A stretch of 59,261 nt of DNA, counting the filler, from Sphacelaria rigidula (lineage: Eukaryota): NCBI GenBank assembly GCA_964200075.2. It is 10 parts of 10 records of this genome, joined end to end, with 100 filler letters (N's around TTAATTAATTAA, not from the genome) between each part and the next. Parts side by side here need not be neighbours in the genome. Positions count along the whole stretch, not along the records: positions 5,938 to 11,774 come from CAXNAA020024079.1; positions 11,875 to 17,710 come from CAXNAA020024080.1; positions 17,811 to 23,646 come from CAXNAA020024081.1; positions 23,747 to 29,582 come from CAXNAA020024082.1; 6 more parts are not named here. The stretch is one strand, 5' to 3'. The translations under genes were made by a program, and so were the position numbers. The notes beneath the pieces were generated by a model. It saw nothing but the letters and a program-made list of their open reading frames with translations. It searched no databases and was not told the origin of the DNA. Position 1 is the first letter of the stretch. Each line of letters opens with the position of its first letter. Of this stretch, positions 11,295-23,749 are shown piece after piece.

Positions 11295-11483
11295 CCCCTC
11301 CAGGTGGAAGCCGCCCCTGTGCAACGACGTGCCGCGGAGGACCATAGCCTCCACGAATCCGGCGTTCTTGCAACCGAACTTACTAAACGCGGATGTGCTT
11401 TGGCTCAGGTTGAGGTCGGCAATTTTCTTCAGCACCTTCGCTTCCTCATCAGGAGGGCCCATGGAGGCGACGAAGCGCTTGGC
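11295..11483 (-). CDS. Flavin-containing monooxygenase (class B FMO-like), first visible exon
   Basis: TTTTGCCAG acceptor, GGG|GTGAGC donor, 63 codons; AKRFVASMGPP...FSKFGCKNAGFVEAM...LEG. Confidence 0.85.
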
Positions 11484-11774
11484 CTGGCAAAAGTTGAACA
11501 TTCGGAAAAAATCGGAATGGCAAACAGAACGAGATTGAATACAGGTCATCATCTGTCTCATTCTTGGGGCCTATTTAATGGAGTTGGTGCTGTGGTGAAT
11601 ATGCTCGTACCTTCCTCTCATTCGCCCGTGCTCGAGATGATTTACCGCATTGCCGTCAGCACAACGGACGATACTGGCACAGACAAACTTCATCATGGAT
11701 TCCACCTACATACGAGCTGGGCCGGCCAAGACGCCAAACGCTCGCCAATATGGCTGTGCCCCGCCCATTTTTTC

Positions 11775-11874
11775 NNNNNNNNNNNNNNNNNNNNNNNNNN
11801 NNNNNNNNNNNNNNNNNNTTAATTAATTAANNNNNNNNNNNNNNNNNNNNNNNNNNNNNNNNNNNNNNNNNNNN
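11775..11874. other. Artificial contig linker
   Basis: Same 100-bp linker. Confidence 0.99.
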
Positions 11875-11945
11875 CGAAAGGGATGCGTGGTCAATGGTAA
11901 AATGACCAAGGTAAGCAACAAATGAGTGCCCCCCCCCCCCCCCCC
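11875..11945. repeat. Dispersed repeat family A, partial copy
   Basis: CGAAAGGGATGCGTGGTCAATGGT...AAGCAACAAATGAGT matches 119-171. Confidence 0.8.
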
Positions 11946-13559
11946 CGCATTGTTGCGGCACCGGGTGCGACAATGAAGGGGATGCGAGTGGGAACATCAC
12001 TACTAGCGGCCTCCATGGGTATCCGTTTCGAGTAGGGATTGTTTTGTGGGTGCCTCCGTTGAGGGGCGACTTGTCGGCTGGATCGACACGAGATAGCGAT
12101 ATGAGCGTAGGCACCAGCTGCGTTTTTCTCTGCGTTGTCGGCCGTCGTTCTTAGGCGGAGTGCAGAAAAGATGCCTGAGCACAGGAGGACATCGGTTTCA
12201 TTTTCAAAAGGAACAACAGTACTCAAAGTTGATGAAAAAGAATACATAGTGGAGGGTTGTACCGGGCGTCAGACCCGTACCAACTCCGTGTATTGGAGAG
12301 ACGAAATGACGACACGCCTCGCGGGGTTGACTATCCACCTTTCTCTTCATGGACTCCCCCTTCGGATGAGTATGGTACTGTTATGGGGCTGAAGAGGAGC
12401 CATAACGAACAAAAATCCCATTACGGAAACAAGAAAAACGCGGAGGAGGAATGAACACGTCATCAGCTGATCCGACCTGTGCCGAATAGAACACACGCTT
12501 CATGCCCAATTAACTTGGTTTAGTACGCGACAGCTGTAGCACTTCCATCGCGTTTTTCTCGACACAGGAAGGAACCCTGCCTTTGGCGCTTGACGACCAC
12601 CCGCGCACACACAAACGCTAGGGGATGAATAAAAGCCGTTTGCTCAGAACGCCACAGCGGACCAAAAGACAGCACCAAAAACTGAAAAGAAAAAAAAACA
12701 CACGTTAGTTTCCTGCGTCATTTGTGTCACGCGCCAAGGGAATCTCTTCCGTGGGTCCCTAGTTTGGATTTGTGGCAAGCGCACGCAACACCGCAGTCCA
12801 ACCCTCAATCCTCTGCTTGTTTGTCGAGAGACCCGCGTTGAAAGATCGGCACTTTGGGGTTGGGGATCAGCAGCATCATGGCGATACTGGCAGTATGACA
12901 GGGAAGCGATTCCTGCTGCTGCTGTGGTATGTGGCGGCCACTACTACTGCTGCTGCTCGTATTGTTTGTCATGACGTTCACAAGGGCGGTGAACGTGGTG
13001 TGGTAGCTCGCGGGCGTGTGCTTCTCGAGCGCTACAGCAACAAACGGCAGCAGTGCCCCAGTGCAACAACAGAGGCACAGCAGCGAGAGGAGCGGCAGCA
13101 GCTGCTATCTTCCTGTTGTTGTGCCTCTGTGCACAGATATACAGCAACGTCAGTCACAGACTTGTTGTAGAAATGTACTAACTTTATAGTGCTTTTTATA
13201 TGGGCCAGGTCGTTATTTTGAGGTGGCGCGTGCACCTGTGATTGATATTGATTGGCTCGTTTAGGCTTTATTCTTCTGTACAAGGTGTCGATGCATACTT
13301 TCCCGAAATATAGCGCCCAAGTGTCGGGCCTCATTCACCCCTATAGCTGTTGATATTATTGCTCTAACGCATCGATGTGCCAAAGAGATAGATGCGTTTT
13401 GGGATTTGAAGGAGAGAGTGCGTCTACTTGTAATCTATATGCGTGTCTACTCTGTGATCAACGAGACTTCCTGAAAAAAATTTTGTCAAAAAGTGGAGGA
13501 AAAAATTGAAAAAAATACGTGCTGACACCTGCAGACCACCAAACAATACCTTTATCCAC

Positions 13560-14089
13560 TAGAGTTATGAACTGGCTGTCAGTTCGGCCCATCACTTTCA
13601 GTTAGCTGACATGATTGGCATAACTGGGCCAAGGATCGGTTTCACTTCCACTTGAACCACATTTTTCTTCCAATACATTTGCCATACTTTAAAGCTTTCC
13701 TCTTAAATAACAGTCATACTCCAGTCGTGTCGCGCTCTCGCGCTAGTTTCTGGGGCATGTTCCAGACCTTCTTGATTGTTCGATTTTCCTCATACCTCTT
13801 GCCGTTTTTCGTACTGGTTGCGTGCTCGAGTGCTGTTACTTTCAGGCTAGATCTAGATTTTAGCATGATTTTGACAAGATCTTCAAGCCAAATGGAGTAT
13901 TTTTTCTCACCCGCCTCACCCCGGCCGGGTGGGGGTGTCAGCACGATTCCGCCGCGTGCTTCACCAGGCAACGCTGGTGACGTCGCGTGGCGGATTCGAC
14001 GCCAGTTGTTCAGCTGTAATTGATAGCTGCAAGTGGTTCGAATGTGTGAAATGCTTATCACTGATTGCTTGGAACAGTTCACAACTTGA
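13560..14089. mobile_element. hAT-like non-autonomous element (imperfect TIRs)
   Basis: Left TAGAGTTATGAACTG, right CAGTTCACAACTTGA; no TSD found. Confidence 0.4.
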
Positions 14090-14127
14090 GCCATCTACGA
14101 GAGAAGGGACGGGAAGAGAAGAGAGAG

Positions 14128-14312
14128 AAAATGTCTGAACCAATCGTCGTAAGCTTCATAAAAATGTCAGGTATAGGTATGGTGTTCGGAAGCGGCCGCG
14201 GGTCAGATGCTTTAGTACAGAAAATGTCTGAACCAATCCTCGTGAGCTCCATAAAAATGTCAGGTATAGGTATGATATCCGGAAACGGCCGCGGGTCAAA
14301 TGCTTTAGTACA
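14128..14312. repeat. 93-bp tandem duplication
   Basis: AAAATGTCTGAACCAATC...ATAAAAATGTCAGGTATAGGTATG...CGGCCGCGGGTCA.ATGCTTTAGTACA at 14128 and 14221. Confidence 0.95.
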
Positions 14313-14380
14313 TACGTTTCGTGGTCGTGGAGTTGCCACAACCTTCTCCACTACTAGCAGCTTGCGCCCGAAAAATACCA

Positions 14381-14734
14381 GGCATTCATCACTATTAGCC
14401 TTGCTCAGTGCTTGCTCACGCCGGAAACAAAACGCAAAAGGGGTTTCGTGAAGGGTCAGACGACCCCCGCAAAAGATTCGATCCTTTGCTTTGAAGGTGA
14501 CCGCGGGTCACCTTGTTGAGGGGCCTCCTCCGCCCAACCCGCTGTTGCATGGTTTTTCTTTGCATATGTGTGAATCGGAACGCAAACGTTGAAAAATTCT
14601 TCATGTCTCTAGACTCTACACTCTGGATGAGCCCCGCGACCAGCACGGCTCACACTGACGACACACTAGAACCCTCGTGGGCCCCGCCCTCATGAATGAC
14701 CGAAAGCGCGAATATATATATATATATATATATA
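14381..14734 (-). mobile_element. Structured GC-rich element abutting a (TA)n tract, probable retroelement 5' end or SINE
   Basis: Three consecutive hairpins at 14453-14514, short inverted ends GGCATTCAT/ATGAATGACC, (TA)n at 14712-14734. Confidence 0.45.
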
Positions 14735-15329
14735 CTGGCTGGTTGTTAGCGCAGACACGGGCGCAAATGATGAGTACGAGTATCAAGTAGGCAAAGAAAT
14801 CTCAAAAGAGTGCGGCCCATGTACAGATCGGTCACAGTCAGTGCTACAGCAGTATGGTGCAGAGGTAGTAAAGCACCGCACCACACTACACTATGAAGAT
14901 TTGATGGAATTCAATAAGTCAAGCGGACAAAATCGTACTGAAGATTCGACTGGGCTGCCAAATTGCTCTACAGCATGTAGCTTCGACTCCAGCCTGGCCT
15001 AGCCTGTAAACTACACGTGAACTTCACTTAGTTTTCAGAGACTTCCACAGGCTCTACGCAGCAAACGGAGACATGGACTTATAAGTAGGCAATCAGCACT
15101 GAACAGGCAGCAAGCAGCAGGGCATCGAAGGCATCGGAGGCCTGAATACTCAGGCTACCCAACAATCCATTCGGCAGTGTACCTTTAGTGCGTGGGGATG
15201 CGGTGAACACACTATCTACATTTTCAAATGTTTGAAATTCAAAAGTTGAACATGCGAAAAAGCGTACGAATTATTTACGATATCGCAGCGGAGGTTCGGC
15301 CACTGATTGCAGCACGGAAGGTACCTCCG

Positions 15330-16200
15330 GACGGGAATACATTGCACATGTGCCAACAACCATCCAAATGGCGTGACACCATCATAGGAATGAACGCATC
15401 ACGAATAATCCGCCTACCAACTCGCTCGAGCGACGCAGATCGAGTGCTCTTGATCGGGTACCGCATGTAGATCGCTACACCAGTAGTACAGAACGACATT
15501 GAGATAGTTCGTTTTTCTGCAACTGTTTCGGGCTACTGTGCTGAATGTGGAAAAAACCAACAACTTGCAACCGGACATGTACGGATCAGATTCGAGCAGT
15601 GTTGCACTCGACGGAAGCATCTAACACCTAATACCACCAGCTGTAGCTGTTGAAAGTCACCCGAGGGTATAAAGAGTCACCGATCACATCCACCACCCCG
15701 TTCAAGTTGACTCGGCGGATTTCGTGGGCAAGTATCGCGGCAACTGATGCCTCACTTGTCATCGTGCTTGATCGCGCGTTCCCCCTCTCTTCATCATCAC
15801 TTTTCCCGGCTGCAGCGGCAGAGCTATCCTCACCATAACTACAATATTTCGAAGCCATGTTTTTAGTGCGGTGGCCGCTCATGGCATCGCTATCGTCTCT
15901 GCAGGATCTTGTAAGGCAACGGAAGGCAGGAAGGAAGCTCACCACAACCCACCTTGCTCGTCAATTTGCCTAGGATCCCATCGATTTCTCAGACCGGACA
16001 TCATCCGTTTTCTACTACTGCGTATGTGCTTGATATCCCGACACATGAAGATAATTTTCACGGCAGCTCTTATTGATATTCTTGCGTCTTTGATTTTTAT
16101 CGTTTTTTTCAATTGGAGTAACCGTGATTGTATCAGGCGTTGATTCGTGTCTTTCTTCGCTTCCATCGTTGATCTTGATTCGGTCATGGATAATGGCAAT
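15330..16200 (-). pseudogene. Frameshifted ORF relic, weakly Ulp1/C48 peptidase-like
   Basis: Consecutive fragments in shifting frames: NLNGVVDVI, CKLLVFSTF, YLNVVLYYW, AFIPMMVSRHLDGCWH. Confidence 0.25.
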
Positions 16201-17475
16201 AAACCAATCTGAAGGCTTACCGGCGGTGCGGACACACTTTCACACACCCACAGACGTGTTGCACAGGAAAGGATGTCTGAATACACACACCAGGTATGAA
16301 GCCATCCGCGTGATGGTGACGGGGATAGCATTCATATGTCATGAAATGTAGATGGCGCTTGTTTTTTCCACCAGGAAATTGATGATCATTCACGTATTGC
16401 CATGTTTACGGATGGGTAGTTTTCTGCATTGGGTTGGTTGAACATCTCGGTGTGGTTTCCGCATCTACACCCCCCCAGCCCCCCGGGCGGGGAGTAGTCT
16501 TATGTCTTCGCGTTCGATTTCTCGACGAAAGGAAATCTCATTACGCCGAGTTTTTTTGTTGTGGGTATATCTAGACGAGGGATGTGCAGCGAGATGCGGT
16601 TATGCAGCGTAGCCAACGTGTTCGCCTGGTACAGTACGGTGCCGCACAACTGTCTGTAATACAAGTACAGCTGTACTGTGTTGTAGTATGTGTTGGGTAC
16701 TGTGGTGCATGTCTACCATACTGTCTATACTTCTGTACCGCAGTACAGGCGAGACCGTCGCCTTATTGCGACATGCCCAGATATCGCGTGGCGCGTGGCG
16801 CAAATACGGCTGGCTCGGTACTTTGGAGGAAACAGGCGCGTGTCCGTACGATACATTCTGCAAAATCAGATCTTGTGCCACACTTGGCAACCTGCAACTC
16901 ACTATGCTGTGCACTATACGGTGCAGACATGACACTGCCCTAAACAAACGAAAGAGCCGGCCGCCGCGGCTTCTTGAGCTGAACCACGGTGCAGAGCTAC
17001 CAGCAAGGTGTTCGCCTTGAAACTTGTTGGCTATCTGTTGTACTCCATCATGATCTTGCACTTGTGCAGAGAAGAGAGAACGAGCGCCTGGGCACACGTG
17101 TCGTGCCGCTATCGTGGTCTAACCGTATGCGCGCCCGGAGGAGCGCCTAAATTCGATTTGAAATCCCATCACCTTCAAATATCACAGACGGTAACCAGCA
17201 CGGACTTGTACGGACACAGGGTGTTATCACTGCAGTGTCTGTACTACGTGTTCTCACGTCGAACAGGAATTGTTTCTGAACTGACTGTTCATAGTTTTGT
17301 ACAGGTATGTTTGTTTCCGCAAGTAGGAGCTCCGCGCGATCACTCGGATGAGCCGAAAAGCTTCTAGTGTTGCCTGCCGGTTGTTTCTCTACCCATGGCC
17401 TTGTTCCTTGCGACAGTAAATGGCCCGTGTGGTGCATATACACGTAATCATTCTCCGTGCTGGGGTTGTACAGAC

Positions 17476-17710
17476 CCTTGTAGAGTTTGGTACAGAAATC
17501 GGAACGTCGCGAGAAAAAAACATGAGAACACGGCGGATAATTGCGGTATTTGGAGCAGGCTCGCCGCCGATATGTCGTCAAACATGCTTGGCTGCGAGTG
17601 GGCTACACTATTACGGGGGAACATCGTCAGTAGGAACGGATCACGGTTAGGACGAATCATCACGACTCAAAATCACCAAATTCACGATTTCTATACCAAA
17701 CTCTACAAGG
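17476..17710. mobile_element. About 235-bp MITE with 26-bp TIRs
   Basis: CCTTGTAGAGTTTGGTACAGAAATCG ... CGATTTCTATACCAAACTCTACAAGG (one mismatch); right end is the contig end. Confidence 0.85.
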
Positions 17711-17810
17711 NNNNNNNNNNNNNNNNNNNNNNNNNNNNNNNNNNNNNNNNNNNNTTAATTAATTAANNNNNNNNNNNNNNNNNNNNNNNNNNNNNNNNNN
17801 NNNNNNNNNN
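17711..17810. other. Artificial contig linker
   Basis: Same 100-bp linker. Confidence 0.99.
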
Positions 17811-17949
17811 CTAGCCAATGTAGCCAATATGAGGCGCTTCATGCAGCCTGAACCCGAACATCAGGCGCTATATGGACAGTTTTTTCGTGACGATTTTAGC
17901 TGGTTTCGGGGGGGGCTATCGTAGAAAGTGTCACTCTACTTGCAATGTT

Positions 17950-18238
17950 ATCGTGGGATTGAGAGTAGCGGATACGATTGAGAGTGAAAATCGGTCAATT
18001 GGTGAATGGATCCTTTCAGTTCCGAAATGCCCCTCCGCGAGGCCCGATATACGTTTTGTAAGAGCTTGCCACTGCGACCCTTGATACCCCTGAGTAGGAC
18101 ATCGATGTGTACCTGTAAGCACACGCCAGTGATAGGACAATGAAAAGCACACACGGAGTGAAAAGTCGGCTGAGGTAAAGCGAATGATCAAAACCACCAT
18201 CAACCAGTGCTCCACTCTCAATCTCACGAAAACGTTGT
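17950..18238. repeat. Repeat family D motif in inverted pair
   Basis: CGTG(G/A)GATTGAGAGT at 17952 and its complement at about 18214-18228; the motif also occurs at about 29521, 34710 and 34839. Confidence 0.7.
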
Positions 18239-18900
18239 TTATTATATTATCAGGGTAATCGACAGTAGTCTACAAGAGGACAAAACGATAGATTACAGCC
18301 CCCTCGATACGGTACATCTCATCCTTTAAGGATGGCGATTTTCCTACTTCGCTGCCGAACATTTCAACCCCTGGTCATGTCCAGCTTCATCAGTATGGTT
18401 TCATTCCTACTGGCTGGTTCAACGTAATCGACCAAAAATTACTCCTCAGCGTGTAAAGGGCTTACGCCGGGTGTATGGTAGGCACGCCTTACTAGCAAGG
18501 CAGGAGGATCAGACAAGAGGCCTCGTACACCAGCTGAGGGGCGAAGAACAGTTCTACAGCGTACGAGGCTGATGTTCTGTGTCCTAGATATCACATCAGT
18601 TTCACGCGCAGGCACGATAGTATCACTTCTTCATTACCTGATATTCTCCTAACAACTTCTCAGTGCTCAATATCTCTCGCTCAATCTATCAGTCTCACCG
18701 AAGATGTGAGAGTTTCCTTGTCGGGATGGAGCGTTGTGATTACCGAGGGTGATCCCATCGACTACAATCCCCGCTATATACGGGTTCATACTCGTATCTG
18801 ACCAACTTTGAACAGACCTGCAATCTTGGAATAATCCTGAAATGTCATACCCTCTAGCGGGGGACCTGTCAACGGGTCTGATGCGGCATGACAAGCGATT

Positions 18901-19510
18901 GCTCCCGCCGTTATTTGAGTTGGACTCTGAAATCTTGGATACAGGTGCTCTGAGAATTTTTCAAGTGCTATATGAATAGGGTCTTGTAATTTGTTTTCGC
19001 CGAATATCTTGGGTCCCAGAAGGCGGGGTCGTCGCGACGACCATGCCTCCTGGGACCCAAGATATCCGACGAAGACAAAAGTTGTAAGACCCCATCATAC
19101 CTTCAAATAACGGCGTGAGCAATGAAATTGCCCCTTCGTGAGTTGAAGTATACATTTATACCGCCGGACCCCCCAATTGCTTACTGATTACATAGTATTC
19201 TACCGACGTCTTTGCTATGCGCTTCGGCATAAATCGCCGGAACTGCACGAGATTACCGATATTCGGAAGACAAATTCATGGACGCATTCCTGTGAGCACT
19301 CCCCGACGGAGGTTAGTTAGTGAGATGAATTTCCCAGTATACTTGACCATGAAAGAGAGGGCTACCTCCAAATTGAGACCCCGCCTCCTGGTATCCTGGA
19401 TATCTGGCCAAAAAAAACAAAAAAATGAAAGACCCTACTGTTAACACAGCATTTCAAAATATCTCACAGTGCCTGTGTACAAACGTTCAGGGTCCAACTC
19501 CGAAAAATGG
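18901..19510. mobile_element. Decayed TIR element related to the 38224-38487 MITE
   Basis: Left GCTCCCGCCGTTATTTGAGTTGGACTCTGAAAT, right GTTCAGGGTCCAACTC. Confidence 0.55.
18979..19092. mobile_element. About 115-bp loopless palindromic MITE
   Basis: GGGTCTT...ATATCTTGGGTCCCAG.AGGC..GGTCGTCG|CGACGACC..GCCT.CTGGGACCCAAGATAT...AAGACCC. Confidence 0.85.
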
Positions 19511-20774
19511 TGTGAATGATCGCCCGTTTGTGCGTTGAGTTATACAAATATATGTACGTGGGATCCCTTGATTACTTGATTATGGTCGGATGCTGTCGAC
19601 GTTGACCTTGGATCAGAGTTTTGACTTTCGTGCCGAAACTCTGTACAAACGTTCCTAGGACTATCGCGGGACGAGTCAAAATCGAGTGTTTGTTTCTAAG
19701 CGATCGTAACCGGCTTTGGGGGGTCTTCACGCCGGTACCCCGGAATGGGGTAGAGAGAGGAAACACTTTGAAATAATCTTCAATGATTTGTTTTTCCTAT
19801 CCGTAGCACTCATATGCACCAAAGTACGCATTATGAGGATGATCGGAGCTTTTCTACGAACGTTATAAAGGAAAACGTGAAGAGGCTTTTGAGGTCTCTG
19901 ATGCACATTATCGGGGGAAATCCGACGACGCCAAAACCCCACATCAATACTCCGGAGTACCACGTTTTGGAGGATAACTCGATCCCACGCAAACCATTTC
20001 CAAATATGTTTTTTTGAATCAGATTTCCTAGCTTATGGCGGTTACTAAGGTCTGGTTCGTGGTGAAACTGGGTGCACATTGGGTCGGGAATTCAAATTTT
20101 TTACTTCAAAACAACTTGAAGATCCCTGATTAGTCGAGGCACATGGTCGTGTCTAGCTTCCCCACTAGGACGATGTGTGAAAAGCTCGAAATGGCACGCT
20201 CTTCTGCTACTCGAGGCGGTCACTACGATCTCAAATATTGTGTGAAAATGAACACTATTGCATTCTGTATCTAGTGGGGAATACATTTTGGTATTTCGAA
20301 CTGAACCGGCCTGTAGTGTCTGTCATTTATCACAATGCCGGGTCTTATGGAGGTGTACAATACGTTGAGTCAGGCATGAAATCCGAAGTGGCCTCCTTGA
20401 TCGTGGAACTGTCCACATCATTTCTGTGACGCTACTGTCGTCTTTTTGAACGCCCCTCCCCCGCGCTCAGCCTGGTCCGGCGATAACGCAGGGTGCTCCG
20501 TCCCGGGTCTGTAGGGGCGGACCTCCTATGGGATTGACGTCGGTTGGCGACGACGCAGTAAAATACGCCATTCACTGCGTGAGCTAGGCAACCAGGTTAC
20601 CGATTTTATTTTGCGCGCTTGTGTTTGTTTTTGCGGTAACCATGATGGTGGTGGAGCTCGATCATATTTTTTGGGGTCGGAGAGCCTGAACGCCGCGCAA
20701 AGAGAATGCTCGTACTACGGTGACACACCCATGAGGCGGCGTATAAGCCGTGTCTCTCTCTGGAAGTGGCAATA

Positions 20775-20990
20775 CCAGAAAATGAATCAATAACTCATTG
20801 GAGGCTGTCATCCAAAAGCAAGATAATCAGTAGGCTTCGGACCGAACAATCTTAGCAGGATGCAGCACACCCTTCATTCGACCCAACCGAACACATCACG
20901 GCGCTTCGCGTTGATGGCTTGGGTGCAAGCCTGTTCCAGCGAAAACCCGACGTGCTCTGTCCTGGCTTTGTAAGGATACGAGGTCAATGT
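20775..20990. repeat. Dispersed repeat family B, copy 2
   Basis: Colinear with 957-1170. Confidence 0.85.
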
Positions 20991-21349
20991 TTGTATGGCT
21001 ACGTGTCAATTTGAAGAGACTGGCCTCGGGGTCAGTAACCTCTTGGGCACACATGTCTCGGCGTAAAGCAATCACGTTTGGATATGAATCTTTGATTGGG
21101 CCGTTGAGGGACGACAGCTTGTTGAAAGATCCAATTCGATGTTCCGAACAGTTGACAGCGGTCGATACGAGATGCAAGTTGCATGGGTGATATGGCTTGT
21201 TGGCTACGCATGGAATGGTCATGTGCACAACAGATAGTATTGCTGGAACGTTCTTCGGACTGAGGATTTTCGGCTTTTCGATTCTTATATTATGACTGGG
21301 CATGTGTCATGAGGAAGGAAGATAGAGAAGCGTTATTTGTTCCCACAGA

Positions 21350-21505
21350 CAACTTTGGGGCAGGTTGGCTCACAGATCACTCGATCCATCCATGGAAATG
21401 CTTCCATAGTTCTGGGGAAGGTTGATGTACAGACTACGTTCTGGGGAAGGTTGGTGTACAGACTGGTGTACCCTAGCTGGGGAAGGTTAGTGTGCAGGCT
21501 GATAT
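21350..21505. repeat. Short degenerate repeats TGGGGAAGGTT..TGT(A/G)CAG
   Basis: Four copies near 21356, 21413, 21442, 21478. Confidence 0.6.
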
Positions 21506-23646
21506 GCCTAGTCCCGAGGAGGCGAAACGCCTTCTCGGGCCGAGATCGGATAGGTCGCGTTCCATACACACTCGCACACTCTTCAGCTACCCTTCGAGCC
21601 GAACATCTGCTTCTACTGTTTACCTTTGGGGAGAACAGTGTGCTATAGGCGAGCAAGGGAATAATAAGTGAGAGTTACAAGACATCAAGCCTTCGAGCTC
21701 CTTTTGTCTGTTTGCTACTGTTTACCAACAGTCGCGTGAATCTGTGTGTGAAAGATATATCTGCAGCTTGTTCTACTCGGATATATTGCACCTTGTGCAT
21801 CTTACCAAGCTTGTAGTGCATTGATCTATCAAGGGAGGTGTGTGGAGTTCTGTCCATACCTATCCCTATTACACTGGCGTTCGACTAATTGGCCGTGTCT
21901 TGCATGGTTTTTCAGTAGCCTTTCACTCGTATTATTGTAGCCTCGTTGCCTTGTTTAGCTTTAGTTCACTACTGTCCCTCGTTTTTCGTTGTTGTTGCAC
22001 CTGTACCTTCCCTTTCTTCGTGTAGTAGACCACAGTCTTTGATTCTTATTTAGCTTTTACAGTGTTTTCTTTTGCTGTGTTATAATACGGTAGTTCATTC
22101 CCGCAGTTGCGTTCTCCCCACAGCAGCCACCACTGCGCCTTCGCCGCTGGCGCACTCTGTCTTTGTCCTTCTCCTGCTTCGGTAACTCCTTCTGCTGGGC
22201 CGCACTCTTGATCTGTAGTGCTTTTTTTCTGTTGTCATCGTCCTCTCTGCCCCACAACGCTCGCGGAATATCCATCCCAGCGCTGTGTCAGATTGCTTGT
22301 TGTAGACCCTTGCGGACAGTTGACATTATATCTTATTGGACAAATCCAACCACGCCGCTTTTCTCTTACGGCGAAAGCGACTATACCTTTTCTCCTTGCG
22401 GGACGTTGTCACTTGTGTGCCGCTGCTGTGTCTATAGTGCGGTGTCCTCTCATCCTTGACACTGACAACTTTGGTGTTTTTGTTCACCGCTTACAACCAC
22501 GCTTATTTTTTCGGTGCTACAATTGCGTCGTCGCAACTGCCGCAGTAGTAATAGTAGTACTTGTTGTTGTGGTAGTAGCACCTGCCGCTCCAGTGTGCAG
22601 AGTACTGCAGTGCACACTATTTGTTATCCCGTGCGACAATCTGCATCAACACAGTTGACAAATTCGGTGTTGTACGTCTATCGTCGCACCTCCCATCAGG
22701 TTTCTATCACACCCCAGCCCCGCTTCTACATTTTTCGCTCGGTGAACGCTACGTGATCAACTTTTCACCTTTGAGTCGGACATTCCACGACGCGCTTTTC
22801 ATCTTTTGTGCGTGTACTGGTGGTACCAAATACACATTTTCTTTTCCCTTCTAGCCCTGCACTGTGTGATCCACTTTTTCCTCTTTGGTGCTACACTACC
22901 TGGATCGTTTTACGATGTCCTGATTTCTTGTTCGAAGTTTCGTATCCCCCTGTAGTCTTTTCAGTTTGGCACCAACATTGGTGTTTCAGTCGGCTGCTAC
23001 GGTTGTCTCCTCTTGGATCCCTGCACCTGACTTCAGTGTTTCGCACCCTCGCTGCCGCGCTTTTGATTGTCTTTCTGTATTGAATTCCAACACTATTCAC
23101 GCATCGCCTTCACTTTGGACACGTGATCCATACTAGTTTTGGCGTCCATTTTCGCGGTCTCGAGTTGTGTTTTTTTTTTCTACACCTCCTGTGTGCGGTA
23201 TCTTACTTGCACCACTGACGTACCCCTGTCCAGCGTGTGCCTGGCCACTGAGTACCCCAGTCATATTTGACGTGCACAGTGCGCCCGTCGGACATCTGTC
23301 CGGGTGTCTGTCTTCTTTCACAGTCGCCTTATTGTTAGGTTTTGCTCTTGCACCAAACCTCTCGTGCGACACCTGTTGGTTTTATCTGTAAGTTTGTTCC
23401 TTTGCTACTATTTACACCTATGGTACACCTTCAGTGCGCCCCCCCTACTCCCCCATACACAGTTTCCTCTACAGGTGACTGCTGCCGAGATAGCCCCCCC
23501 CCAAAACCGGCCAAAAACGTGCACGGAGGCGATGATGATAACTGCTGTTAAAGCTGGTTTCGTGCTGCACGACGCGACTGATTTGGGCGTTATGGCTGAT
23601 TTCGGACTGCTACACGCTTCTCATGTGGGCGAAGTTGCTGCAAACG

Positions 23647-23746
23647 NNNNNNNNNNNNNNNNNNNNNNNNNNNNNNNNNNNNNNNNNNNNTTAATTAATT
23701 AANNNNNNNNNNNNNNNNNNNNNNNNNNNNNNNNNNNNNNNNNNNN
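23647..23746. other. Artificial contig linker
   Basis: Same 100-bp linker. Confidence 0.99.
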
Positions 23747-23749
23747 GAT

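Noticed and set aside
12772..13170. CAG/CTG-rich ORFs as a first exon
   Set aside because: No frame has a convincing start plus donor; the sequence is low complexity.
14620..14710. CTGACGA...GAAA as a hammerhead ribozyme core
   Set aside because: Stems I-III cannot be formed around the core.
18300..18895. Minus-strand fragments resembling Gypsy or Copia pol
   Set aside because: No catalytic motif (YxDD, DxG, DDE) can be recovered; too decayed to call.
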